Source of the DNA: an uncultured Verrucomicrobiae bacterium
GTDB taxonomy: Bacteria > Verrucomicrobiota > Verrucomicrobiia > Opitutales > JABDGR01
DNA: 64,000 nt
Assembly (NCBI GenBank): GCA_963765205.1
Contig: CAVXVB010000004.1
Span: 207,266 to 271,265, forward strand
Direction: 5' to 3'
The translations under genes and the position numbers were made by a program. Under the pieces are notes generated by a model. That model did not search any database. It had not been told where the DNA came from and saw only the letters and a list, made by a program, of their open reading frames with translations. Of the stretch, positions 40,319 through 49,851 are shown piece after piece. The number at the start of each line of letters is the position of its first letter. Position 1 is the first letter of the stretch.

Positions 40319-40430
40319 GGAGACTGCTAAGGTTGGCGTGGAGCGCGAAGAATTCCAAGCTCTTTTCCAAGCCCTCCCAACAGGTGGAAACAGCTACAAG
40401 CTGGCTTGGCGCGCCGCAGCCCGGCGGCAC

Positions 40431-40463
40431 AATTGTGATTTCCTCGCAACACATTCGTGACAA
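40431..40463 (-). promoter_or_regulatory. Possible Pho-box-like 11-bp tandem repeats
   Basis: Minus strand TTGTCACgaat-GTGTTGCgagg-AAATCACaatt in the divergent region upstream of phoB. Confidence 0.35.
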
Positions 40464-40626
40464 TGCCGCGGCAAACAGGTCATTACCTTGGATTACTCAC
40501 TGGTTTTCAATGACTTATTCAGGATTTCCCATCGCTTGCGTCATCTGGTATAATGCGTGCGTTCCGCGGGTATTGTGACGGAGGCCGTTTCCCGGCGCCG
40601 TCACCCCGCGCGCGGATCGCTCACCG

Positions 40627-41331
40627 ATGAAAAACTCTCCCGCCAAAAAAATTCTCGTTGTGGATGACGAACACGACGTGACCGAATTGCTCGCGTATAA
40701 ATTCAAACAGGAAAACTACGAAGTACAGGTCATCAACGACCCATTGCTGATCATGGGCCGCGCACGCCAGTTCCAGCCGGATTTGGTCATCCTCGATATT
40801 ATGATGCCGGAGTTGAACGGCCTCCAAGTGTGCCGGATGTTGCGCGCGGACGCGGTGATGAAAACCATTCCCATCATATTCCTAACAGCGCGCGGCGAGG
40901 CCGAAGACCGGGTCAAGGGCTTCGAGACCGGGGCGGACGATTACCTAGCCAAGCCGTTCGACACGCGCGAGCTGCTCCTGCGCGTGCAGGCGATTTTCAA
41001 GCGCGTGGCCCCGCCCAATGGCGCGGCGCCCGCTGAAAAAGTCTTCACCCTCGGCAAAATCGCGATTGATGTCGAGAAGCACCAGCTCACCGTGCGCGGG
41101 CAGGAGGTCGAGCTGACGGCGACGGAATTCCGCCTGCTGCGGCTGCTGGTCGAGCGCAAGGGGCGCGTGCAAAGCCGCGAACACCTGCTCGTCAACGTCT
41201 GGAACTACGAAGCCGACATCGAGACGCGGACCGTGGACACCCACATCCGCCGCTTGCGCGAGAAGCTCGGCACCGAGGCCGATTTAATCGAGACAGTGCG
41301 CGGCGTCGGCTACCGGGCGGTGGACGCCTAG
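40627..41331 (+). CDS. phoB: OmpR/PhoB-family response regulator (PhoB-like)
   Basis: REC domain (VDDE, LDIMMP, GADDY), wHTH RTVDTHIRRLR..ETVRGVGY. Confidence 0.85.
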   Translation: MKNSPAKKILVVDDEHDVTELLAYKFKQENYEVQVINDPLLIMGRARQFQPDLVILDIMMPELNGLQVCRMLRADAVMKTIPIIFLTARGEAEDRVKGFETGADDYLAKPFDTRELLLRVQAIFKRVAPPNGAAPAEKVFTLGKIAIDVEKHQLTVRGQEVELTATEFRLLRLLVERKGRVQSREHLLVNVWNYEADIETRTVDTHIRRLREKLGTEADLIETVRGVGYRAVDA

Positions 41332-41618
41332 AACATCGAACGCCCAACATCCAACATTCAACATCGAAGGCCAAGCCGCACCAGCCGTTCCTCCATTTAA
41401 TCCCCTCCGGGTTCAATTCCCGCAGCTTGCTGCGTTGGTGACATGGTTTGGGATTTGGGTTTGGGATTACAGGGATTGGATCAAAATGCCCCGGAACTTG
41501 CACCGGAGTTCTTTACTGACCAAGGCGCGGGACCAAAATTTGGCGGTCGCATTTTTTTGCAACCGGCCTGTCGTTTTTGATTGGATGTTGGGCGTTGGAT
41601 GTTCGATGTTGGAAGTTG
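41331..41618. repeat. Inverted heptamer-array element (aacatcc / ggatgtt) with nested hexamer repeats
   Basis: Arms 41331-41369 and 41581-41618; internal tttggg-type repeats at about 41446-41480. Confidence 0.85.
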
Positions 41619-41619
41619 T

Positions 41620-42906
41620 ATGTGGCCCTTCCTTGCTCTCCTCTGTGCCCTCGCCGCGGCGCTCCTTGCGTGGCGGCTGGACCAGTTGCGCCGGCGCTTG
41701 CGCGATTTGGCCGACGCGGCGGAGTCGCGCACCCCGAATTTTTTGGGCGGCGAGGATTCGCTCACCCGGCGCTACCACCTGGCGCGCCTGCAGCGCGCGC
41801 TCGATGAACTGGCGGCGGCGCACGCCAAATTGACCCGGCAGGAGCGGGGTTACCTTGCGCAGATTGACGCGCTGTTCGGCAACCTCCAGGAGGCCGTGCT
41901 GCTGGTGGACGGGAGCCAGCGGGTCGCGCTCGCCAATGCCGCGGCGGCGGAATTGCTTGGCGCGGACAAAGTCGCGCCCGGTTCGCGCCTCGAGGGCGCC
42001 GTGCGCGGTGCGGGGCTGATTGATTATATCTATCGCACCTTGCGCGGGGAGGGCGTCCCGCGCGCGGAATTTTTGCTGCCCCTGGGCCGGGACCAGGCGC
42101 GCTGGGTCGAGATTTCCGGCGCGCCGCTGGCCGCCGCCGCGCCCGACGGTCAGAAACTCTGCCTCTTTGTGTTGCACGACATCACCCGGCTCAAGGACCT
42201 CGAGAATGTGCGCAAGGAATTCGTCGCCAACGTTTCGCACGAATTGCGCACACCGCTGACGGTGATCAAGGGCTTTGCCGAGGCGCTGGTCGAGGACGAC
42301 GAGCGCCTGACCCGCGAGGAACGCCTGCGCTTTCTCGAAAAAATCCGGCGGCAGACGCACCGCCTGGTGGCGCTGGTGAACGATTTGCTCGCGCTCTCGC
42401 GGCTCGAAAGCGAGCCGCACCGGCTCGACTTGCGCCCGCAATCGCTGCGCGCCTTACTCGAGGAAACGGCGGCGGAATTCGCCGAGCGCTTCCGCGAGGC
42501 GCGCGTGGCGCTGGAGCTGGATCTGCGCCACACCGACGATGTGCTGCCGCTCGACGCGCTAAAAATTTCCCAGGTTTTCCAAAACCTGTTCGACAATTGC
42601 TTCCGCTACGCGAAGGGCTTCACCCGCGTGCGCGTGCTCACCCGGCAGGAGGACGACTGCGTGCGCGTCACGGTCGAGGACAACGGCTGCGGCATCCCGC
42701 CGCTGGATGTGCCGCATATATTCGAGCGCTTTTACCGCGTGGACAAGGGGCGCTCGCGAGAGAGCGGTGGCACCGGGCTGGGCCTTTCGATTGTAAAGCA
42801 CACCGTGCAACTGCACGGCGGCGAAGCCACCTGCGAGAGCGAGGAACGGACGGGCACGCGCATCCATTTCACCCTGCCCGTGCCGAGGAAGAGTGCGGAA
42901 TTATGA
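41620..42906 (+). CDS. phoR: PhoR-like sensor histidine kinase
   Basis: PAS region, EFVANVSHELRTPL, FERFYRVDKGRSRESGGTGLGL. Confidence 0.88.
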   Translation: MWPFLALLCALAAALLAWRLDQLRRRLRDLADAAESRTPNFLGGEDSLTRRYHLARLQRALDELAAAHAKLTRQERGYLAQIDALFGNLQEAVLLVDGSQRVALANAAAAELLGADKVAPGSRLEGAVRGAGLIDYIYRTLRGEGVPRAEFLLPLGRDQARWVEISGAPLAAAAPDGQKLCLFVLHDITRLKDLENVRKEFVANVSHELRTPLTVIKGFAEALVEDDERLTREERLRFLEKIRRQTHRLVALVNDLLALSRLESEPHRLDLRPQSLRALLEETAAEFAERFREARVALELDLRHTDDVLPLDALKISQVFQNLFDNCFRYAKGFTRVRVLTRQEDDCVRVTVEDNGCGIPPLDVPHIFERFYRVDKGRSRESGGTGLGLSIVKHTVQLHGGEATCESEERTGTRIHFTLPVPRKSAEL

Positions 42907-42996
42907 GTGCGGAATGCGGAATTTTGCGCGTGCGCTCAAATCAAGCGAATTTCCGAATTGAAATCGAGGTGGCTTTTATTCCGCACTCCGCATTTC
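42893..42996. repeat. Inverted heptamer-array element (gcggaat / ttccgca) between convergent genes
   Basis: Left gtgcgga-attatga-gtgcgga-atgcgga; right ttccgca-ctccgca. Confidence 0.8.
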
Positions 42997-44197
42997 ACTT
43001 CGCAGCGGCATCCGCCGGGCTAGTCGCCGGCGTTGCAGGTGGGTTCGCCACCTCCGGCGCGGTGAGCATGATCGTCTGCACTTTGCTGGTGTCGGGATCC
43101 GTTATCTCCACTTTGTAGGAGGACCAGACCCAGGTGGGCCGGGGAAGGGGCGGCTGGCTGTCGTCGGATAATATGCGCGCCCAGGGAGCGTCGCCCAAGA
43201 GTTGGCCGTCGCTGCCCACGACAAGGGCGCGAATGGCGCTGAGCGTGCCCGAGGCGGGTGGGTCGGCGGGGACGACGCTGGCGCGGTAGAGGAGAACAGT
43301 GGGCTGGGTGGATGGTGCGCCGAGCGGGGTGCTGTAAAACGAGATTAGCTCCGGCGGCTCCGTGCCTTGCGTTTGCAGGGGCAGGGGGTCGGCATGGGCA
43401 ATGCTCACACTCCATTGGGTGCCGGTTTGGATGAGTTTGACAAAGGCGTCGAGATTGTTGCGACCGGGGTTATCTTCGTTGGCTGGAATGTTGGTGATAT
43501 GATTGGTGCCTTTGGGCGCGGGATTGCTCGGGGTAGGTAGCAATGCCGGATTGGCCAGTGGACCGGTGGATTTGTATTTGGGCACATTGTCCTGGGCGAC
43601 GGCGGCCTTGGGGTCGAGAAAGCTTTGCGCGCCTGCGGCGGGATGGTAGGGAGTGTCGCCGGGGCCGCCAGTAAGGAAAGCGTGATAGTCCGCGTTTAAC
43701 TGGACGATGGGAATGGGCGGGGGGCCGGGTTTACCGGGGGCCGGGGGCGCGTATCCATACAGCATGTATATCACGCTGCCGACTTTCAAATCGGTTTTAG
43801 TGCGCACCACCTCAAGAACCACGGCGCGAACAGCGACCGCTTTCGCGTCTGGCCCGATGCTGTCGTCCCCGGCTTTGGCTGCCTGGGGATTGACCGCCGT
43901 GATGCGGATGACCACTTCCTCGGGCGCAAGGGCTTGGAGCGCCTTGTAATCCGCGGGGGTGACCACCGGACTGGGAGCAGTGACGGTCGTGTTGGCGCGA
44001 AAGACGGGCGGTTGGAGGACGGCGGAGGGCGTCGGGGCGTCAGCCGCCAGCAATGCAGGAGCGGGAGCCGCATGGAGCAGGACTTCACCACGCGGGATTA
44101 TTTCTGCGTCAGCCGCGCGCGCGCAGGGTGCTCCGGCGAGAACTGCCAGCAAGGCCGCGCACGCGAATACCCGGGGGGCAAAGGGGAGGCTGGACAT
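42995..44197 (-). CDS. Secreted Pro-rich hypothetical protein
   Basis: Signal peptide ending ARA; Pro/Ala-rich linkers. Confidence 0.7.
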   Translation of the reverse strand: MSSLPFAPRVFACAALLAVLAGAPCARAADAEIIPRGEVLLHAAPAPALLAADAPTPSAVLQPPVFRANTTVTAPSPVVTPADYKALQALAPEEVVIRITAVNPQAAKAGDDSIGPDAKAVAVRAVVLEVVRTKTDLKVGSVIYMLYGYAPPAPGKPGPPPIPIVQLNADYHAFLTGGPGDTPYHPAAGAQSFLDPKAAVAQDNVPKYKSTGPLANPALLPTPSNPAPKGTNHITNIPANEDNPGRNNLDAFVKLIQTGTQWSVSIAHADPLPLQTQGTEPPELISFYSTPLGAPSTQPTVLLYRASVVPADPPASGTLSAIRALVVGSDGQLLGDAPWARILSDDSQPPLPRPTWVWSSYKVEITDPDTSKVQTIMLTAPEVANPPATPATSPADAAAK

Positions 44198-44236
44198 GGA
44201 GGGTGGAATTAAGTCACTTGCTTTTAGTTGTGCATT

Positions 44237-44270
44237 AACTCCACATTTCACACTCCACGCTCCACACTTC
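44237..44270. repeat. Solo heptamer array (ctccaca)
   Basis: ctccaca-tttcaca-ctccacg-ctccaca. Confidence 0.7.
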
Positions 44271-44274
44271 AACT

Positions 44275-44817
44275 TTACAGCCCGATGGATGCACCCCGGC
44301 CTTGCTTGACGATGGGGGCCTTTTGCTCCCAGACCGAGGTCCCCGTGCTGACATCGGTGACCGCGAGGTCGAAGAAGTAGGCGCTTTGGCTGATGTCGGC
44401 GGCGGCGGTTTTATCCATCATGATTTTCCCGGCTATGATGTAGTCGGGGGCCACGCCGGCCACCGCGTTGGAAATAATCTGAACCTTGTCGGTTTGCAGC
44501 AGCGGGATGCGCACGCCGCTCATGAGCATATCGGTGTCGAATTGCTGGTCCGTGTCGTTGATGACTGTGGAGATGAGGACGAGGCTGGGCGCGCCGGGCC
44601 GCTTTTCGTTGAGCTTGCCGCTGTTGAGGAGGTCCTGGACGAGGCTCTTGGCCGCCATGTTGAAGTCTTGATAATTGATCCGGTCGGCGTTCACGATCAT
44701 GCGTTGGCCGTTGGGGTCAATATAGCTCGAGTTGTTCGGCGGGCTGCCGCAACCGGCGAGCAGGAGCAGCACGGGAAGAAGGATGAGGGATGAGGGATGA
44801 AGGATGAAGCGGTTCAT
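44275..44817 (-). CDS. LpoB-like lipoprotein
   Basis: Lipobox LAGC, YIDP, NDTDQQFDT, APDY, TG..VW. Confidence 0.75.
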   Translation of the reverse strand: MNRFILHPSSLILLPVLLLLAGCGSPPNNSSYIDPNGQRMIVNADRINYQDFNMAAKSLVQDLLNSGKLNEKRPGAPSLVLISTVINDTDQQFDTDMLMSGVRIPLLQTDKVQIISNAVAGVAPDYIIAGKIMMDKTAAADISQSAYFFDLAVTDVSTGTSVWEQKAPIVKQGRGASIGL

Positions 44818-44933
44818 GGGAAGTGGAAGAATAAAGGATGAAGGATGAAGTTGAGGGCAAAGAGCGAAGGGTTTGGAGAAGAAATTCTGTCAAAAAAAAC
44901 TCCCTTTGCGCTCTTGGCGTCTTGGCGGTGAAT
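44779..44933. repeat. Heptamer array (ggatgar) overlapping the lipoprotein start, plus octamer array (tcttggcg)
   Basis: ggatgag-ggatgag-ggatgaa-ggatgaa; ctttgcgc-tcttggcg-tcttggcg-gtgaa. Confidence 0.75.
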
Positions 44934-44948
44934 GATAGGGGGGAGCGC

Positions 44949-45413
44949 CTACCGGACGCTGTTGGGGCCGGCGGGCGGCCCAAGGCCGGGCGTGTAGGCC
45001 ACACTTTCGGAGAGCGTCAGCTTCCAATCCACGGCCTTGGGCGAGACGGCGGTGTCCTGAATGTCGCGCGAGTCGCCGCCTTCGATGACGACGACCTGCG
45101 TCGGCTCGTCATCGAGGGCGAAACCCTGGGCGTCGAACCATTGAAAGCGGTAATTGACGTTTTCCACTGCCGCCTTGAGGTTTTGCAATTTAACCTGGAC
45201 GCGCGGCAGGCCGCCGGGGCTGAGCGCGCGATCCACCTCTACCACATAGGCAATTTCGTTGAGGGTGTTATCGGTGATGACGCGCTTGTCGGCCACCCGG
45301 TCGGGCTGGGCCAGGGAGTTGGCCGGCTCGATGGTGTTGACGGACGCGCAGCCGGCTCCGGCCAAAAGCAACGCGGCCAGCGCGCCGGCTGGGAGAAGGG
45401 AACGGTTTTTCAT
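44949..45413 (-). CDS. YcfL/DUF1425-like lipoprotein
   Basis: Lipobox GAGC, YRFQWFDAQG, SPKAVDW. Confidence 0.75.
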   Translation of the reverse strand: MKNRSLLPAGALAALLLAGAGCASVNTIEPANSLAQPDRVADKRVITDNTLNEIAYVVEVDRALSPGGLPRVQVKLQNLKAAVENVNYRFQWFDAQGFALDDEPTQVVVIEGGDSRDIQDTAVSPKAVDWKLTLSESVAYTPGLGPPAGPNSVR

Positions 45414-45417
45414 AAGT

Positions 45418-46842
45418 TCAGCGGAGGGAAAATGTTTGGATCGCCAAGCGGCCGTAAGGTGAGGTGGATTTGACGTAAACCATGGTAACCGGGCTGTCGG
45501 GCAGGTCAACCTCAAGTGATTCCGCCGTGTCGGCGCGGGCCAGGTAGAGTTTGTGGTCGGCGGGGGCGAGGAGGCGGCAGAATTGGATTTGTTTGGGCAG
45601 CGTCTCCCAAGTGCGGGTGTCGGCGCGGTTGGTGGCAGCTTGGTAGATCACGCCGGAGATTTCGGTGAGGGCGCCCAGCAGGCTGTTGTTCCCTGCGGCG
45701 GTTTCGAGGCCGTATTCGGCGGCCGCCTTGGCCCCGGCGGAGATCAGGGTTTTGACCACGATATCGGGCAAATCGTTCCGAAATTCCTGCGCGATGACGG
45801 AATCCATGTCGCAGAGCAAAGTCGTGCGCAAAGGCGCACTACCCGCCGACTGCACGACCAAGCCGGGGTTGAACTGCCCGTTGATCTTCAACACCGGGAA
45901 GGCGACGCCAATGTAGGGCACGTTGCGCGAGACCACAAAGAGCGGGATGTCAATGCGCGCCTCCAGGCGGTCGGGGGCCTCGCCGGTTTCGTAAATGATA
46001 AAGGTGAGCGGCGGGAGCTGCCCGCCGTTGGTCATTTGCGTGGCGAGGTCGCAGTCGGCGTCAATGAACGCGTTGTGGCCGATCATGGCCTGTACGCGCG
46101 CAAAGTCCACGCGCGCGCTTTCATTGTCGCTGGCGGATTGCGGCCGGGCCAGCAGGCAGACCGCGCGCAGGTAGGTCGCCATCGGGTTCGCGTAATTGGT
46201 GTAATACTTGAGGTTGTCGAGCGGGCCGTAGTTTTGTTGCATCTGCGCCTGGACGCGCGGGTCGGCTTGGGCGCGGGCGGCGTCGTAGCCGTCGCCGTTC
46301 GAGCCGGACTCGGCGGCGGCCTTCTGCGCCGCCGCGATGCGCGCGGCGTTGTTGCGCTGGGCGACTTGCTGGCGGTCGAGCGCCCGGTTCAGTTCGACGC
46401 GCGCCTCGTCAAACTTGCCCAATTGGAGATAATTGAGCGCCTGGTAAACACTCTCCATGATCCGGTCGTAGTCGCGCCCGCGGTAGGGCATGACCGTCGG
46501 GTTGACGAGCAGCGACTCCGTCTCGCGCGAGATCGAAATCTCCGGCTGCGTGTCCCAGTAATCGAACAACCGGTCGGCGGCGCTGAAGGAGTTCATGCTC
46601 CCCGCGATGTCGCCGGCGGCGCGCGCGGTGGCCCCGGCCTCGAGGTCCCAGAGCACGGCGTCGGTGCCGGAGCTTTTCTGGGCGGCGTGCGCGGCGATTT
46701 GCGCCGCCTGCGGATACGCCCCCGCCGCCCAGTTGGCACGCAGACTCTGCGTCTCATCCGTGTAGGACGCGCACCCGGCCAGCAGCGCAATGGCCGCCAG
46801 CAAACCCAACCGGCTGAACAATAATGAGGAGCGAAATTTCAT
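45418..46842 (-). CDS. COG3014-like TPR lipoprotein
   Basis: Lipobox LAGC, PYRGRDYD, ARVE, ADTRTWETLP. Confidence 0.75.
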   Translation of the reverse strand: MKFRSSLLFSRLGLLAAIALLAGCASYTDETQSLRANWAAGAYPQAAQIAAHAAQKSSGTDAVLWDLEAGATARAAGDIAGSMNSFSAADRLFDYWDTQPEISISRETESLLVNPTVMPYRGRDYDRIMESVYQALNYLQLGKFDEARVELNRALDRQQVAQRNNAARIAAAQKAAAESGSNGDGYDAARAQADPRVQAQMQQNYGPLDNLKYYTNYANPMATYLRAVCLLARPQSASDNESARVDFARVQAMIGHNAFIDADCDLATQMTNGGQLPPLTFIIYETGEAPDRLEARIDIPLFVVSRNVPYIGVAFPVLKINGQFNPGLVVQSAGSAPLRTTLLCDMDSVIAQEFRNDLPDIVVKTLISAGAKAAAEYGLETAAGNNSLLGALTEISGVIYQAATNRADTRTWETLPKQIQFCRLLAPADHKLYLARADTAESLEVDLPDSPVTMVYVKSTSPYGRLAIQTFSLR

Positions 46843-46853
46843 AAGCCGACCAT

Positions 46854-46972
46854 CAACATCCAATCCCGCAACGGCGGGAAACGCCCAACATTCAACATCG
46901 AATGAAGAAACCGAAATGACCGTCGGCGTCTTAATTGGATGTTGGAAGTTCGATGTTGGGCGTTGGATGTTG
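46854..46972. repeat. Inverted heptamer-array element (aacatcc / ggatgtt), copy A
   Basis: Left aacgccc-aacattc-aacatcg; right ggatgtt-ggaagtt-cgatgtt-gggcgtt-ggatgtt. Confidence 0.85.
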
Positions 46973-47085
46973 TCATAGCGGTGTCTGGCTTTACTTACAA
47001 GCCGAAGCCTAGGCTGGTTTTCACGACCGCCAATCGGGTCGCGGGTTCCCTGCTTTTTTCGCTCCCACCACCATCGCCCGGTAGG

Positions 47086-47950
47086 TCATCCTTGGATGAA
47101 AAGGCCGCCAGCCATAAGGCCCAAGTCACGTCGGCCATAGAACAGGTTAGGGTATTTTTCGACCAACTCGTTAATGGCGGGGTCCTTTTTCATCGCGGCA
47201 CGCACGGCGTCGTCGAGCGCTTGGAAGGCATCGCGGACTTTTTGCATGGCGGCTTGGGCGTCTTTGTCCTCCAGCGCGTCTTGATGGATATTATCCAGCA
47301 CAAACATGGCGCGCATATCTTGCGCCTGTGCCTTGATTCTCGGGTCATCACTCCTATCGAGCGCATCCAAATACTTTTAGTTGTTCGGCTTGGGCCTCGG
47401 CTCGCGAAAGGCTGGGGCCGGGAGTGCCGTTCATTCTGGTGACAACGAGGTGATCGCCGAGGCCGAACGGTTCGGGGTTTGGGTCGGGCCACAACAAGTC
47501 GCGACTGTTTTTGTCGGATTCAAGACTCCAGGTGGTGCCGTGCAGCACCTGGCTGACTTGGTATTGGCTCAGACGGTCTTTATACGCCGGATTATTGATC
47601 GCGGGGTTGCTGAACATCAGCGTGCGGACGAGGTCATCCGCCGCTCCGAAACGCTCGTCGTAAGTTCTGGTGGCAATAACGACGTCCCGGTCCTTTTCCG
47701 CCGCGTCCCGTGCGGCCAGCAGCAGATTCTGTTCATCGGACGTCGGCCGGGGCTGGTCGCCCAGCCATGGATTACTATCCCAAGAAGAATTCCGGCCTTG
47801 GACTGGGGCGCCCGCCGGAGCGGTGCTCACCGGCGCGGCTGGTGCCTGAGCGGGAGAAGTCGTCTGCCCGCGCGCGCTGGCCAAAGTGAGCAAAACTACG
47901 GCCACGAAAAGATGCCGCAGGGATTGGGTAAAGACGGGAAGGGTTTTCAT
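47086..47950 (-). CDS. Secreted hypothetical protein, split by a 1-nt frameshift at 47375-47378
   Basis: Signal peptide; ORFs 47354-47950 and 47086-47370 join if one base of a 4-nt homopolymer is removed. Confidence 0.6.
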
Positions 47951-48017
47951 AATGGCGGGGTGCGTAGTGGGTTATAAACAATAGACGCTTCGGCAGAACA
48001 ATTATTAGAGATTCTTT

Positions 48018-48108
48018 ACCATCCATCTACATCGAATAAGGATACCTACGGCATCCAATCGGCTTCTTAATTGGATGTTCGGTGTTGGGCGTTCGATGTT
48101 GGATGTTG
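48018..48108. repeat. Inverted heptamer-array element (aacatcc / ggatgtt), copy B
   Basis: Right arm ggatgtt-cggtgtt-gggcgtt-cgatgtt-ggatgtt; degenerate left arm. Confidence 0.8.
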
Positions 48109-48110
48109 TT

Positions 48111-48632
48111 TTAGGTGGTCGGCATCCACCGCGCAATCCCTTCACCGGCCGTTTTCGCTTGCGCCAAGCGGGCGCGTAACTCGTCCCACGCCGGTCGGCG
48201 AAAGTGCGCGCTGCGGTCCAACAATTCCTGGAGCGGCGCGAGGACGAAGGCGCGCTCCCACATCCGGGGGTGCGGCAGTTCCAGCGCGGGGCCGGCGCGC
48301 GTTTCATTTTCGTAAAGGAGCAGGTCGAGATCCAAGGTGCGCGGGCCCCAGCGCGTTTCCTGGGCGCGATTGCGGCCCGCGGCGCGTTCGCGCGCGAGCA
48401 GAACTTCGAGCAGTTGCTCGGGCGTGAGCGTGGTCTCAAGGCCGATGACCAGATTCAAAAACAGCGGCTGGTCGGTGACGCCCACCGGCTGGGTCTCGAA
48501 AATCGCCGAGGCTTCGAGCGCGGTGACGCCCGGCGCGCGCCTGAGTTCCGCGAGGGCCGTGTGGATGGCCGCGGCGCGGTCGCCGAGGTTGGCCCCGACG
48601 CCGACGAAGGCCTGGCGAGTTGCCGATGACAT
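48111..48632 (-). CDS. folK: 2-amino-4-hydroxy-6-hydroxymethyldihydropteridine diphosphokinase
   Basis: GVGANLG, FLNLV, WGPRTLDLDLL, PHPRMWERAFVLAPL. Confidence 0.95.
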   Translation of the reverse strand: MSSATRQAFVGVGANLGDRAAAIHTALAELRRAPGVTALEASAIFETQPVGVTDQPLFLNLVIGLETTLTPEQLLEVLLARERAAGRNRAQETRWGPRTLDLDLLLYENETRAGPALELPHPRMWERAFVLAPLQELLDRSAHFRRPAWDELRARLAQAKTAGEGIARWMPTT

Positions 48633-48859
48633 CGGTTTAGATGGTGGGTGCCAATGGGCGCCATCCGTGGCGCGGGGCTTTACCCCGCGCGTGGAATCGT
48701 GCCCGAAAAGAAGCGTGGACCGGCATAAGAGGGAGGGGCGCAACATTAGGTAAACAAAACCAATCCCAACAGCTAAAAGTGCCGGGGCACCAAAACAGAA
48801 GAGTGGAAATTGTTGGCCTGGCATCAAAAGTTGTCATTAAAATTCACCCTGCCAGCGTG

Positions 48860-48910
48860 GTTCCCAAATTGGGAACTTTTGCTTGACAGCCACCTTGGAC
48901 AGTTTACCCT
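48860..48910 (+). promoter_or_regulatory. higBA operator palindrome and promoter
   Basis: GTTCCCAA-A-TTGGGAAC at 48860-48876; TTGACA at 48883-48888. Confidence 0.65.
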
Positions 48911-48913
48911 GTC

Positions 48914-49207
48914 ATGCATGTAATTTCCCGCAAAGCCCTCCGAGACTTCTGGGAGAAGCATGCCGACGCCGAGCAACCCCTAAAATCCTGGTTCCATGAG
49001 GCCGCGGCAGCCCAATGGAACCGGTTTCAGGACATCAAGGCCAACTACCGTTCAGCGGACGCACTCCCCGATAATCGCGCAGTTTTTAACATCAAAGGAA
49101 ACACTTACCGCCTCGTGGTCAAAATCCATTACAATACCCATACCGTCTATATACGCTTTATTGGGACTCATGCCGAATACGATAAAATTGACGCCACCAC
49201 CATCTAG
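48914..49207 (+). CDS. higB: HigB family toxin (mRNA interferase)
   Basis: MHVISRKAL..FW..H, VFNIKGN.YRL, FIGTHAEYD. Confidence 0.92.
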   Translation: MHVISRKALRDFWEKHADAEQPLKSWFHEAAAAQWNRFQDIKANYRSADALPDNRAVFNIKGNTYRLVVKIHYNTHTVYIRFIGTHAEYDKIDATTI

Positions 49208-49221
49208 CTTCCATTCCCGTC

Positions 49222-49629
49222 ATGAAACCGAAAGTCATCAAAACCGCTCAAGCGTACACGGCTGCGCTCAAACGGATCGAACAGCTCGTGGATGCCAAGT
49301 CCGGGTCGCCCCAGGCGGCAGAACTGGAACTATGGTCGCTCCTTGTCGAAAAATACGAGGAGGCGCACTTTCCCATCGAAGCCCCGGATCCCATCGAAGC
49401 CATTCGCTTTCGCATGGAACAAATGAGCCTGCGCCCGGCCGACCTAGCCAAATACAAACCTTTCCGCCACAAGAGCAAAGTGTCGGAAATGCTCAATCGT
49501 AAGCGGCCCTTGAACGTAAAAATGATTCGCTCACTGAGCTTCGGTTTGAACATCCCCGCCAACGTCCTTTTGCAGGAACCGGTCGGCGAATATTCGACGC
49601 CCAAAGCTGCCAGACCGGCCTTGAAGTGA
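49222..49629 (+). CDS. higA: HigA family HTH antitoxin
   Basis: LVEKYE, PDPIEAIRFRMEQ, SKVSEMLNRKRPL. Confidence 0.92.
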   Translation: MKPKVIKTAQAYTAALKRIEQLVDAKSGSPQAAELELWSLLVEKYEEAHFPIEAPDPIEAIRFRMEQMSLRPADLAKYKPFRHKSKVSEMLNRKRPLNVKMIRSLSFGLNIPANVLLQEPVGEYSTPKAARPALK

Positions 49630-49641
49630 CGCTGACTCGAA

Positions 49642-49851
49642 TCAGGTCCCTGCCGGAATCGGCATGTGACTGGTCGCCAGTTCGCGCAAGTCGAGCTTGC
49701 GGCTGGCTTCATCAATATCAATGCCGACCAGGTTGCCTTCCGTGTCGTAGTCCAGCACCACGCCCTCCGAAACCTCCACCCTGCGAACGCTCGTGCGCGA
49801 GGACAGATCAATATAGAGCGAGTCCGTCTCTGGATAGTAGTTTAGTTTCAT
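49642..49851 (-). CDS. DUF2283 domain protein (antitoxin-like)
   Basis: YYPETDSLYIDL, DYDTEGNLVGIDI. Confidence 0.85.
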   Translation of the reverse strand: MKLNYYPETDSLYIDLSSRTSVRRVEVSEGVVLDYDTEGNLVGIDIDEASRKLDLRELATSHMPIPAGT

